Virus record (IMG/VR): IMGVR_UViG_3300037847_003885
Location: 1-64,000 of that record
Length of the DNA: 64,000 nt
Source: an uncultured virus (IMG/VR IMGVR_UViG_3300037847_003885)
Taxonomy: Duplodnaviria > Heunggongvirae > Uroviricota > Caudoviricetes
Reading direction: 5' to 3' (one strand)
This document shows, one piece after another, positions 26,052 through 37,100 of the stretch. A program made the position numbers and the translations under genes. The notes below the pieces were generated by a model that made no database searches, had not been told where the DNA came from, and saw only the letters and a list, made by a program, of their open reading frames with translations. How positions within the stretch are numbered: the stretch's first letter is position 1; each line of letters starts with the position of its first letter.

Positions 26052-26649
26052 CATATTAGCATTAGATATTGAAACAAGTAATTTCTCTTGGGAGATAGGT
26101 GGTTGGGATAAAACCGCATCGTTTGACCCAACTGTAGTAGCCACATGGGATGGTCAAGATGCTACAGTTTACTGTAACAAAAGTTTAGACATAGATGCTA
26201 CTGTAAAGGCATTACACCCTAGAACACTAGGTGATGACTTAGCAAAGCATGTAGAGAAAGGTGGAGTAATCATAGGTCATAATATCAAAGGATTCGATTT
26301 ACCTGTACTACGGGATGCCCTAGACTGTTGGACAGCCGGTGATTTGTTAGGTAAGGCTGATAGTGTCATAGATACTAAACACCTCATACAAAGGGCGGCT
26401 GTATCAGTTGGTAAAGTGGATACATCATTAGGAATATTGATAAAGACCACTTTAGAGGACAATAAGTTAATGAACAGCGAAGATGCACCTATTGCATGGA
26501 GAGCAGGACAGTACGACGATGTTGCTAAGTACTGCTTGAGCGATGCACAACTTACATTCGACTTGTATAATTTTGGAAAAAGTGAGGGTTATATTAATTC
26601 GAGAAATTTAGAAACAGGCGAGATAAATAAAATAGAGGTTGATTGGTAA
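26044..26649 (+). CDS. DEDD / RNase H-like 3'-5' exonuclease
   Basis: LDIET, GHNIKGFD, YCLSD; start 26044 (track 25978). Confidence 0.85.
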   Translation: MSDILALDIETSNFSWEIGGWDKTASFDPTVVATWDGQDATVYCNKSLDIDATVKALHPRTLGDDLAKHVEKGGVIIGHNIKGFDLPVLRDALDCWTAGDLLGKADSVIDTKHLIQRAAVSVGKVDTSLGILIKTTLEDNKLMNSEDAPIAWRAGQYDDVAKYCLSDAQLTFDLYNFGKSEGYINSRNLETGEINKIEVDW

Positions 26650-28151
26650 TGGCAGAAATAGATAACGGTAAAAGTAAAGCACAGATACACAACATAAGGG
26701 CGGCAAAAATTGTATCGGAAACGGTAAAGTCTACACTCGGCCCTATGGGTATGGACAAACTAATGTTAGACGGTGGTGGTAATGTCATCGTTACTAACGA
26801 TGGGGCTACTATCTTGCGTGAACTTGATGTGTCTCATCCGGGTGGTAAGATGATTGTAGAGGTAGCAAAGACGCAAGAGAGTTTGTGTTATGATGGTACT
26901 ACTAGCACAGTTATACTAGCCGGTCAATTGTTGGCTAACAGTGAGGCTTTGTTCGAGCGTGGGTTACACCCGAATGTGATATGTCGTGGTTACCATGAAG
27001 CAACTCAAATGGCTGTAAATTATCTTAAGGCTGAAATTTCTCAATCAAGTAAGAAAAGAGATGTCTTAGTTTCAGTAGCAAAGACGGCTATCACAGGTAA
27101 GACATTGGAGAACGCAATAGATACGGTGGCTGAACTATGTGTATCAGCAGTAGAAACTGCCGGTGATGCTGAAAGTGTAAAGGTGGTATCATTCCCCGGA
27201 GGTTCACTAGAGGATTCTTATTTGTATGAAGGTGTCATTGTCAATAAGGACTATGTGTTAGATGGAGAAGATGGTTATACTGATGTGCTACTAATCAACA
27301 CAGGACTTGAAAATGAAAAGAGTGAGGACAATGTACAGGTACAACTAGATGCTAAGTCATATCAAACTTACAAAGCATCCGGTAAAACAAATCTTATTTC
27401 TCTTGCGAAGAACATAGTAGATGTATTACCTAACGGTGGTGTAGTGTTTGTTCGTGATAAAGTCAATGACCATGTATGTGCTTATCTTAAGAAGAATAAT
27501 ATTATGGTAGTTAGACATACACCGGAATCTACTCTAAAGGCATTATCGAAGGTTACTGATAGTGTAGTGTGTCAAACACCCGAAGAAGTAGAGTCAGCAA
27601 GCAAGGCGACTGTATCAAGACAGAAACACAATGATGTTTGGTATCTATTCGTATCTAGTGACAACAAACACAGCGAAGCATCTTTAGTTCTTCGTGGTGC
27701 AACAAGTCATACACTTGATGAAGTAGAGAGAGGATTTGATGATGCACTTGGTGTAGTATCTTTAGTGTTAAAGAATAACAACTTTGTCGTGGGTGGTGGT
27801 ATCGCATACGCTCGTATGGCGGCACATTTGCGACAACATGCGGCTCAAATAGGGGGTAGGGCGCAGATGGCAATAGAAGCCTTCGCTGACGCACTTGAGG
27901 TAATCCCTGCTACTATATCGGAGAATGCCGGACATGACCCACTAGATACCATACTTGCTATGCGACATGAGATACTGCGTGGTAATACTAATTATGGACC
28001 GAATGTAGAGGATGGGGGCGTAACTGACCTTTCTGCTCTAGGTGTCTTTGAACCTACAGAATTAATCAAGCAAGCAGTTCTAAGTGCAAGTGAAGTCACT
28101 AACTCTATTCTAAGGATAGATGACATAGTAGCAAGAAGGCCGTTGGAGTAA
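26649..28151 (+). CDS. Group II chaperonin (thermosome subunit)
   Basis: TLGPMGMDK, VTNDGATIL, DGTTS, LRG....LDE.ER...DA, GGG, ENAG.D, ILRIDD. Confidence 0.95.
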   Translation: MAEIDNGKSKAQIHNIRAAKIVSETVKSTLGPMGMDKLMLDGGGNVIVTNDGATILRELDVSHPGGKMIVEVAKTQESLCYDGTTSTVILAGQLLANSEALFERGLHPNVICRGYHEATQMAVNYLKAEISQSSKKRDVLVSVAKTAITGKTLENAIDTVAELCVSAVETAGDAESVKVVSFPGGSLEDSYLYEGVIVNKDYVLDGEDGYTDVLLINTGLENEKSEDNVQVQLDAKSYQTYKASGKTNLISLAKNIVDVLPNGGVVFVRDKVNDHVCAYLKKNNIMVVRHTPESTLKALSKVTDSVVCQTPEEVESASKATVSRQKHNDVWYLFVSSDNKHSEASLVLRGATSHTLDEVERGFDDALGVVSLVLKNNNFVVGGGIAYARMAAHLRQHAAQIGGRAQMAIEAFADALEVIPATISENAGHDPLDTILAMRHEILRGNTNYGPNVEDGGVTDLSALGVFEPTELIKQAVLSASEVTNSILRIDDIVARRPLE

Positions 28152-28153
28152 GC

Positions 28154-28318
28154 ATGGGTCGTTTACTTGATAGGCTAAAGGTCAAGTGTAGAGCCTGTAG
28201 TCACAGGCATATCGCACGAAGATTATCGGCTCGTTATCTTGATGATGATAGAAAAAGAATCACTCTATTACAGTGTCGTAAGTGCGGTCACTTTTGGCAA
28301 GACTCCGCTATGAAGTAA
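28154..28318 (+). CDS. 54-aa TFS/TFIIS-like zinc ribbon
   Basis: Not in track; CRAC...ARYLDDD...LQCRKCGHFW; GGAG SD. Confidence 0.65.
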   Translation: MGRLLDRLKVKCRACSHRHIARRLSARYLDDDRKRITLLQCRKCGHFWQDSAMK

Positions 28319-29446
28319 TCATATCAGTCTTACAAATGTCGGACTCGTGCCACCTGTTACGCATACGAATCTACCATACCCGCTTGCGGCTATAGTTTCA
28401 CCTGCGAAAGTAGCAGTGTCGCCTGTATCTTGATTTTTTATTTCTACTATGTAGCCGGTAGGGAATGTGCCTGTTGTAGATATAACACATGTTCCGCTTC
28501 TTGCTGTTAGAATTAGTATATTTGCATCTGCTGATGAGATTGTAAGTGATGTTAATGCTGTAGTTAGCACTCTATCGAACACCGAGCGAGTATATCTGCC
28601 ACCGCTTGAGCCGCTAAAATAAAGCACATTTTTGAACAAGTCACCTGCGGTAGTGCTTGAGAGTTGTGAACCATAACTCAACCATAATCCACCTAGTCTA
28701 GTTGCTGAAAAACTACCTGCACCTGTTCCTGTATGGAATGCATCTAAATCAGTGTGTGAGTCTATTGCTTGTGGGTCACCAACATTGTTTGTTGTAAGTG
28801 GTGTAAAGTAAATTGGTGAGTTTCTTATGAATATTCTTTTATCATTTACCTCGGTTATATTTACATTCAAATCACCACCACTACCGCTATAAATTACTCT
28901 TAAGACACACAGCACTACACTTTGGTCATTACTAGTACCGGATGGGTTATTTAGAAACGCATGTGGTGTTGTAGGATATAGATTAGTGCTTACTGTACTC
29001 GCTGTTCCCATCTCCATCTTTACATGATTAGTACCGGAGTTGGCAGATAGATATACAACAACTAACGCTTCTTGTCCACTTATTAAAGGTGTATTACTAC
29101 CTTCGGTATTTGCTTGAGTAATTGTGTATGTAGCACTACTTCCTACACCACCTGCAAATGTGTAAATTAATCCATCTAAAACAGCAAGACCACCTTTAAC
29201 AGTAAAAGTATTATTACCCGTTCTTTCACATATACCGGGTAGATTTTCCGGCTGTAATCTGTTACTCGCAGTTTTAGCAGTATCTTCTTCTAAGATAATA
29301 CCATTTCCGTGTATACCTTCTAGCAAATTAGTTAGTGTAGGTGATGTTATATGGTCACCATCTGCTAAACCGTCTACCGGTTGAGCCGTTCCGCTAAGTG
29401 TCATATTGTGGTTTGTATGCCCCGATAATGGATTTCCTGTCATCAT
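28319..29446 (-). CDS. Virion structural protein (tail tip/fibre-like)
   Basis: Thr/Gly/Ser-rich beta protein, last gene of structural operon. Confidence 0.6.
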   Translation of the reverse strand: MMTGNPLSGHTNHNMTLSGTAQPVDGLADGDHITSPTLTNLLEGIHGNGIILEEDTAKTASNRLQPENLPGICERTGNNTFTVKGGLAVLDGLIYTFAGGVGSSATYTITQANTEGSNTPLISGQEALVVVYLSANSGTNHVKMEMGTASTVSTNLYPTTPHAFLNNPSGTSNDQSVVLCVLRVIYSGSGGDLNVNITEVNDKRIFIRNSPIYFTPLTTNNVGDPQAIDSHTDLDAFHTGTGAGSFSATRLGGLWLSYGSQLSSTTAGDLFKNVLYFSGSSGGRYTRSVFDRVLTTALTSLTISSADANILILTARSGTCVISTTGTFPTGYIVEIKNQDTGDTATFAGETIAASGYGRFVCVTGGTSPTFVRLI

Positions 29447-29790
29447 ATCACCTCTATACTAATTTCTATTTTTACTTCATTCTGTGTTGTTTTTATTATT
29501 GGTTTTGTATTATATCTCGCTATGCAAGAAAATACACCGTTTGAATCTTTACTTAGCAACACTACTTCTTTTATTGTATCTGTAAAAGAATTCGCTATTG
29601 GTAAACTCGCCTCTACTAATAGAGTAGTATCGTCTACTACAGTTACTATAGGAGTTAAAGTAATAGCAGGTCTACCTGCACTACCATCATCATTTGTTGC
29701 AGGTGTACCATCAAAACCTAAAACCATACTATTGATAGATGATTTTAATGTATTCAATAATGTAGATTTTATTTTTGTAGATACGGGCAT
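29443..29790 (-). CDS. Putative tail/baseplate small protein
   Basis: IKEVVL...ARY..KPIIKT pattern; position in tail module; start 29790 or 29793. Confidence 0.5.
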   Translation of the reverse strand: MPVSTKIKSTLLNTLKSSINSMVLGFDGTPATNDDGSAGRPAITLTPIVTVVDDTTLLVEASLPIANSFTDTIKEVVLLSKDSNGVFSCIARYNTKPIIKTTQNEVKIEISIEVI

Positions 29791-31190
29791 CAATATTCAC
29801 CTTCCGCTTCTTGTGATTTGTTCATACCTATTGGTAAACCACTCTTACCTATTAGTCCTCTTGTGTTATTACCTTTAACACCACCTATAAGGAAGGCAGT
29901 AGTAGAAACTAATCTTTGACTAACCCTAACTATAGTTCTAATTTGTATTCGACCAAACATAGTAATATTTTCTTTTAAGTTTTGAATTAAGTTATTCGGA
30001 TTCGTTTCATTACCTTCCATAGTAATTCCCTCGTTTATACCCTGCAATACCCCCTCTAAGCCCGTATCAATTGTCAAAAGTACTAAATCAGCACTCTTCC
30101 TCAAAGGATGGTGAATAACCTCGGTGATAACATGTTGAGTACCACCGTAATCTATCGCCATACCCGGTCTTACATCATTCAAATCTATGTGACCTTCACT
30201 TGTTATTGTACCACTTTCTAAAGAGTTAGCACGAAGAATTTGTCTACCCACTCTTCTTGCGGCCATTGAAGTATTAACGGTAGCATCAAACAATACATCT
30301 CCTTCTATTACTTCACCATTCAAGCCGCTTTGTCTTTCAGTATCATCTAAAGTAACAATTACAGAATCATTTAATGCGAGTGGTTTTCCTTGTATAGTAA
30401 TTCTGTTAGGTATGTTCTGTACTTTGTCACTTGAACCCGAACCTGTTTTTAAGTTAGGGTCTACATATCTATTAGATTCGCTAAAACTTATAGGCACATA
30501 GAGCATATTACCGAATCTATCTAACATAGCCATTCTAGTATCATGTCTACCTAAGAATCTTAGAGCCGTCATAATATTTATTTTATTGAAATCTTTTGCT
30601 ACAAATCGTGTGGAGTGTTTTCTATCTTCACTTTTCTTACTATTTACTTTTGATATATTGAAACTAGTAATGTTACTGTTAGTAACTTTCTCACCTAACC
30701 TTATTGCTAAATCTGTAGTTCTAAAACCGACATCTATAGGCTGACCTAATCTTACTTCATTGTTGGAAAAACCTATATCACTCAAAGATTTATTTTTCAT
30801 ATTAGTTAGATTTATTTTGTTACCATCTACAGTAGAAGGTAGTAATCTTTCACTAGGTATATTCGGGTTATACAACAAAGAAGGCATATTAGTGCTTGAA
30901 ATAATATCAGTGTTAAAGAAAGGAACGGCTGTTGATGAATGACCATCACCACCTTTGTATAATATTTCTACGAATGATTGTCCTTCTACTATCCTAAATG
31001 TGGTATCGGGCATAACTTGTATTTCTTGATAATATCTATCAGCATCATAAGTTAAATTATTAGTTTCACTCTTATTTATTTTTACATAATGCACAGCATT
31101 GTCTACAAACACAGGTTTACGGGCGTGTTTCATAATATGAGAAAAAGTTTCAGTTCTCCCATCAAAAATATTTTTTATTAATCTACCCAT
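29790..31190 (-). CDS. Putative baseplate hub / tail-tip protein
   Basis: DRFGN..Y, NRITIQG, VRPG..I......VITEV.H patterns typical of hub proteins; position. Confidence 0.5.
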   Translation of the reverse strand: MGRLIKNIFDGRTETFSHIMKHARKPVFVDNAVHYVKINKSETNNLTYDADRYYQEIQVMPDTTFRIVEGQSFVEILYKGGDGHSSTAVPFFNTDIISSTNMPSLLYNPNIPSERLLPSTVDGNKINLTNMKNKSLSDIGFSNNEVRLGQPIDVGFRTTDLAIRLGEKVTNSNITSFNISKVNSKKSEDRKHSTRFVAKDFNKINIMTALRFLGRHDTRMAMLDRFGNMLYVPISFSESNRYVDPNLKTGSGSSDKVQNIPNRITIQGKPLALNDSVIVTLDDTERQSGLNGEVIEGDVLFDATVNTSMAARRVGRQILRANSLESGTITSEGHIDLNDVRPGMAIDYGGTQHVITEVIHHPLRKSADLVLLTIDTGLEGVLQGINEGITMEGNETNPNNLIQNLKENITMFGRIQIRTIVRVSQRLVSTTAFLIGGVKGNNTRGLIGKSGLPIGMNKSQEAEGEY

Positions 31191-31194
31191 CTAA

Positions 31195-34100
31195 TCAACT
31201 CCCGTCATTTGTATGGTCACCTTCATTAAACGATACATCACCTTTATGCCCTTTAGGATGTAGTGACTGACTAAATCTTGGTTGCACAGTATAGTCTTTT
31301 CTTGTTATCTTAGTGCCATCTTCATTGATAGTTTTCTTTCTACTCGCATCTGCTCTATAATGTTGAAGGGTGTTTTCAGTTATCACTACTCTACCAATGT
31401 CGTTGTTAATTGATGGCACTCCTAATACAGTGCTTGTAAAGGTGATTCCGTTTGTACCAATATCTGCTAATCCACTTCTATGTCCTTTGAGTTCTAATTC
31501 ACCATACAAGTTTGTATCGTTATACATAGGGGCATAAGGTGGGTTAGTATCGGGGTTAGTTGCTCTCAAGTAGAAGCCTTCGGATGCCCTAGCATTAGGC
31601 ATATCATAAGCAAATATACCATATTTACCACCGACAGTAGCATGGTTATAGTTTCTAGTAGATGTAAAACCAATGTATTGCGGGCTAGTGGTATGTAATA
31701 TATTGAATGAAAAGAATTGTAATCTATCTTTTTCATTTTTCTTTATCGGTCTTAACATAAGAGATATTTCTTTTTCTGTTTTGTTACTGTCAGTATTATA
31801 CAATGATGTAACATACGGATTAGATGATTTATTTTGAGTTGGACCGCTTATATTATATTTTAATGAAAGGTAACCTTCCACAGTACCCATTTCAGCATCA
31901 GTAAGATGTCTGTTATATTTGATTACTTCGGCAACTTTTCCTATAAGAGAGAATGTTGAACCCGAACCAATATCATTTACTCTACCTACTTGAGTCGGTT
32001 CAGTTGCGTTTTTGTAATAATTTGGAGTTGCTGTTGCTACTTGTGTACCATCAACTCTTAATGTCTGTGCCGTAACCGAAGCACCTGCACCGTTACCACC
32101 TTCAATAAACATAGTAAGAATATTCGGTTGATTGACTACAGCACTTCCATTTGCTGAATTTATATTATTCCAACTTCCGTCTTGCCCGACCCAAAACTCC
32201 CATCTATTATTACTACCTGTCATATTAGCATATATATTGTAACCTCTTCTACTACCCCCACTGAAAGTTCTACTTTCAAAACCTGCTTGATAGTTACTAT
32301 TATCATTATTTGTACACATTACAACAAAAGTAGTAAATTCATTAGTATTCAATTCAGCATCAAATGGAGTTGTTAAAACATCATCAGTAGCAAAATTAAC
32401 TACAGATTTTCCGTTAAATGCCGCATCGGAAGCAACATAAGTTGGTTGGTCAGCAGTAACAGATTGTGTAACATGTCTGTTGTTACCACTTTGGTCTTTC
32501 CATTCTGCAACATTATCACCGTTATTTAATTGTAAACTTTCTGCATCAAGCCATAATACTAAACCATTAGTTGGTATGAGATTACCCCAACTACCCAAAT
32601 CAACAGGGGCAGAATAATTCTTTAAGTCTAATATATTTGTACCGCCAATATTTTTGAACATAGATGTGTTATTGTAAATATGGCTTACTGCACCCGTCAA
32701 ATAACCTACTGAAATGAGGTTAATATCTGCTGATACATAGGCGTGTTGTAATATACCTCTTTGGCCTACTTGACGATTAGTATGTAGACTATGCGCTTCT
32801 GTATTTACTATCATAGCGTTATTATCTATACCTTCAAAGTTTTCTACATCTAAACCAATCTTAGGACTACTTCTACTAATTACATCACTATAAGGGGTAG
32901 TTATGAAATTAGTAGAGTAACCTGTACCGCTTAAACTTCCTAATTGCCTAGCACCTAATGTCGCTTCGGGCTTCAACAAACCGTAGTCATCTATTAGTAA
33001 CCTAGCACTTATACCTCTAGGTACTTCATCAGTTCCTAGTAAGGAGTTCTTAGGTCTTATGTAACCATCACCAATGTTAGGTTCTGCTGTATTGTAAGAT
33101 AGTACCGCACCCTTCGTTTTAGGTACAACACCTTGTCCTACACGGTGTGGTAATTCATCAAGTATATCTAAATCACCAAAATATTGTTGATTAAAAGCAG
33201 TAGGGTATCTATTACCTCTACCTCCGCCTTCGTCACCAACTCTTCTTGCTGTTGCCGGGAAAAAGAAATCTACTATCTCATTTTGTATTCCGCTATTTAT
33301 TGCGTTGTAATTACCTACTTGTGACGGTATTGTATCATAGGGAGATGTAAACCAAGCAGTTCCTTGAGCATTGGAAACTAACTGATATAGAACCGGCGAG
33401 CCTTGACCGTTACCTAAATGTGGAGATATAATTTTCTTAAAGTTGTAAAAAGAATGACCCATATAAAACGGATTATATGGATTAGCACTACCACCTGTAA
33501 TAAATTTATTTGGCCCATTATAACCATGCTCATTGATACCTTCTTTTGGTGACCAAGCGGGGCTTACACCAAATCCACGAACAGGCATTCTTCTTACATC
33601 TTCACCACGAGTATTGCCCCACCAATCTACAAGATAGTATTGTGATGCGTGTGCAACATCAACTAAACCATGTCCATAATCATCACCTAACCACTCTCTT
33701 CTTATGTGTGGTTTAAGTGTTAAATTAGTTTCTGTATTATTACTTAAATCGGATTCATTTCTTATGGTTCTCACAGGACAACCAAATGGTCTTGTCATTC
33801 GCATACCATCGGAATACCTTGTAACTCTACCGTATGTATTTGTTAAATTGTTTGGTATCATATTTTCCATACCGGCAAAGTTTGTTTGCCTCTCCAATAT
33901 CCCTACATAAGTTGTATCAAAAGTAGAATTACCACCCGATGGTGAACTTTCACCACCTGCATATATCCAAGTGCTAGTTCTATGCCTAGCCTCTACCAAA
34001 GGACCGTGTTTATAGTCTACACTAAGGAAAGAGAGACCAATACCTTGTTCTAAATATGTTCTCATACCATACCAAGCCCATCGAGGTTTATTATATGGTT

Positions 34101-37100
34101 GCCTTAAACCAAATCGGTAACCAAACGGTCTTGGTCTTGTATTTGGCATATCACCACTTGTATAACTTCCCCAACTAATTAATGAGTTTTCATAATCTCG
34201 CTCATCAACACCTGCGTTTACATCATAAGAACCGTCATCACCATCATCGTGCCATATAGGCCCGGCATCATCTACAGCATAAACAGTAGGTAACATCCAA
34301 CCTGTAGATACATAACCAAAACCATCTAATCTACTTGTTATCGGTCCACCTCTACTTCCACAAGGCCAATAATTATTTAATTGAATAGACATACCTTGAC
34401 CAAGAGTTGAATGACCGTAAAAACTTGAGCCACCTTGGTTACGATAAGAATTACCTGCATTGTCTTTACCTGTAACACCCTGCATACTATCTCCTATGCC
34501 ACCAATCATAACGGCTGAACCAACAGTAATTTCATTTGGTGTATCCTCTCTTACAGTTATAACTCCACTTGAATCCGATTGAACTGTATATATTCTACCA
34601 TCTACTGATATTCTGTCACCAACACTAAGATTAACACCGGTATTATTAGTTGTAATAGTGTTAGTCGCATGAGATGCTACTAATCTGTTAGTTGCTATTG
34701 AAGTAATAATTTTTGGAGTTTGTATATCTAACGCAAATGGACCTAAACTTGCATAGTATGTGCTATCATGGTAATGTATAGTTTCATAAGAACTATACAT
34801 GTGGTTTGTAGGATTCCTACGATAATCAAGGAAAGGTGCATTTGGTCTTTCTAAGTTTGGTGACCAAGTACAAATAAAAGCATCGGGAACATGTAAACTG
34901 TTGGTGTCTCTACTACCTTGTAGTGTTTGGGGTAATGTTCTTGTCATAATACTTCTTTCGGAGTCAGTAAATATTTCACTAGCATTTCTACTTGTGTCAT
35001 TTTGTTTTGTTAAACGCAAAATTGTATCGGCTGTAAGGTTACTTACAAATCCCGCAGGTGGGCTTGATAAAGTGATAAGTTTAGGTTTATTCATATTAGT
35101 GGCATCGAAACCACTACGACTAGACCAATTAGAGGTTCTTCTTACACCGTTTGCATCTATGTAGTAAATCATCTCACCGTACATAGGTTCTATTGGGAAA
35201 TCACTTGCATCATCAACGGTTAGAACATTACTACTTTCACTAATAAATTTACAATTAGGATTTAGACTTACACTTCGTAACACTTCGTCATACATATTAG
35301 GGTAAGTACTCGGATAACCCGCAAGTGTAAGTTGCGCCCCTATACTACCTGCATTTGCTCTTATGAATAAATAATAATTATCTAATCTATGATGACTTAA
35401 GAATCTAAATCCTTTTGCGCTATTACTACCGGTAGTTATTGTTGGTTTTTGTGGATGCACTATAGACCACCACGGTATGTTAGTAGTCATACCCGGTGTA
35501 GATTGCACAAACATTTGTGGGTGATATGGTAATGAATGACGAGTAAAAGCCGGTGCTTCTGTACTTTGAACACCAAACGGATTGTAAGTCATCAAGTTTG
35601 GTATGTTAGTAAATTGCCCGCCGTGGTCGGGGTCGTGGTCTAACATAACTTCGTTAATCATTACTTCGCAACCTCTAACATCGGCCATAGTAGCATTAGC
35701 AAGCACTAATGCCATACCACCGGTATCGGTATCTAACTCTCTAATTCCAACTACTAATGCCACTTGTTGGCTTGTTAGACTAACTACACTACCATTTGGT
35801 AAATCGTTATTTGGACCGTTTTGGTGGAAACCAATAAACTGACTTGAAAATACATTAGGTTGTATAATAATTTGATATGCACCTACTTTACTTGGGTCGG
35901 GGAAATGATTGTTGAATGTATGCCTCATTCCTGCTCTCAATACTATAGTGTGACCACCTGCCGCATTAATCGTACCGGCTTCACCCTCACTTGCTAATAT
36001 ACCGTAACCATCGTGTTTTATTTTGGTTTCAAACATAAGTGAGAATGAACCACCATGTATATCACTCGGTCCACTTGGTGTAGCAGTTACACCACCGAAT
36101 ACTAACAACGGGTCGTATACAGCATGGGTGTCTGCATCTACTACACCTATTTCATACTGTAATTTTTCTTTAAGTCCTAAAGTAGCCGACCTACATGCTC
36201 TATGTTTATGGTACAGATTTTGATAAGCAGGATGCGCCCAATGACCCGGCATAACTGCCATTGTAGCATTCACAAAGTGATGGCCCATTCTTGGTATCGC
36301 CATAGGTGACAAATTCATATTGTGTAAATAATACGCTAGAGGTGTCTCGCCACCTTCAAATCTATGATATACTACTGTCCTATTTCTTTGAATGTTATCT
36401 ATAGTGTCTTGAAGTCCTTGTTCACTATGTTTCATTATTTGATGCCTTGCATCGGGACTGTTACCGCTTACTTCGGAGTGGTCACGCATTCTTCTTGCGG
36501 CAAACAATCTAGTGTTACCCGCAGTAACAGGGAACGATGGTAAAATTTGTATGTTACTATAAGTAAAATTAGCCGAATTAATATCAATACTTTCAATGTC
36601 CTCATTGTTGAATAATATTCTAGCGGCTTCTTTTGTTAATACAACATTTCTCACAACATTTGCAGAACTTCTAGCGGCGGTTACAACACCACTTACAAGT
36701 GCTTCTCTACCTGTAGTAGTATCACGAATTCTAAAATAATTATTTTCCCATCCATCTACATCATTTCTATTTATATCATGTAAATCTCCTTTACTACCCC
36801 AAGCAAATACATTAACATTCAATGCTTCACTAAGTGTAAAATCACCGGAAGCGTATTGAGTTACTGATGGAGTTTGTGTTTCTACACCATTAGCATGAGA
36901 ATATCCTACAGGGAATTTTTCTGTAAACCCTATTGCTTTCTTAGTGATATGGAAAAATAAACTTCTATCATGTAATTTATACGATGTATTAAGTGGATTA
37001 TTACCTGTAGTTTCAGTCCAACCTTTCTTAGTACTATCGGGGAATCTTATATCACCATCTAAATCTTGACTTATATGTTCCCAACCATAATCTTCGTATG

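Noticed and set aside
1173..27894. Minus-strand and alternate-frame ORFs in the left half (e.g. 1173, 1592, 1945, 7158, 12856, 14022, 22192)
   Set aside because: They are shadows of well-supported + strand genes; their shared SRNRLTS peptide is just the reverse complement of repeat B.
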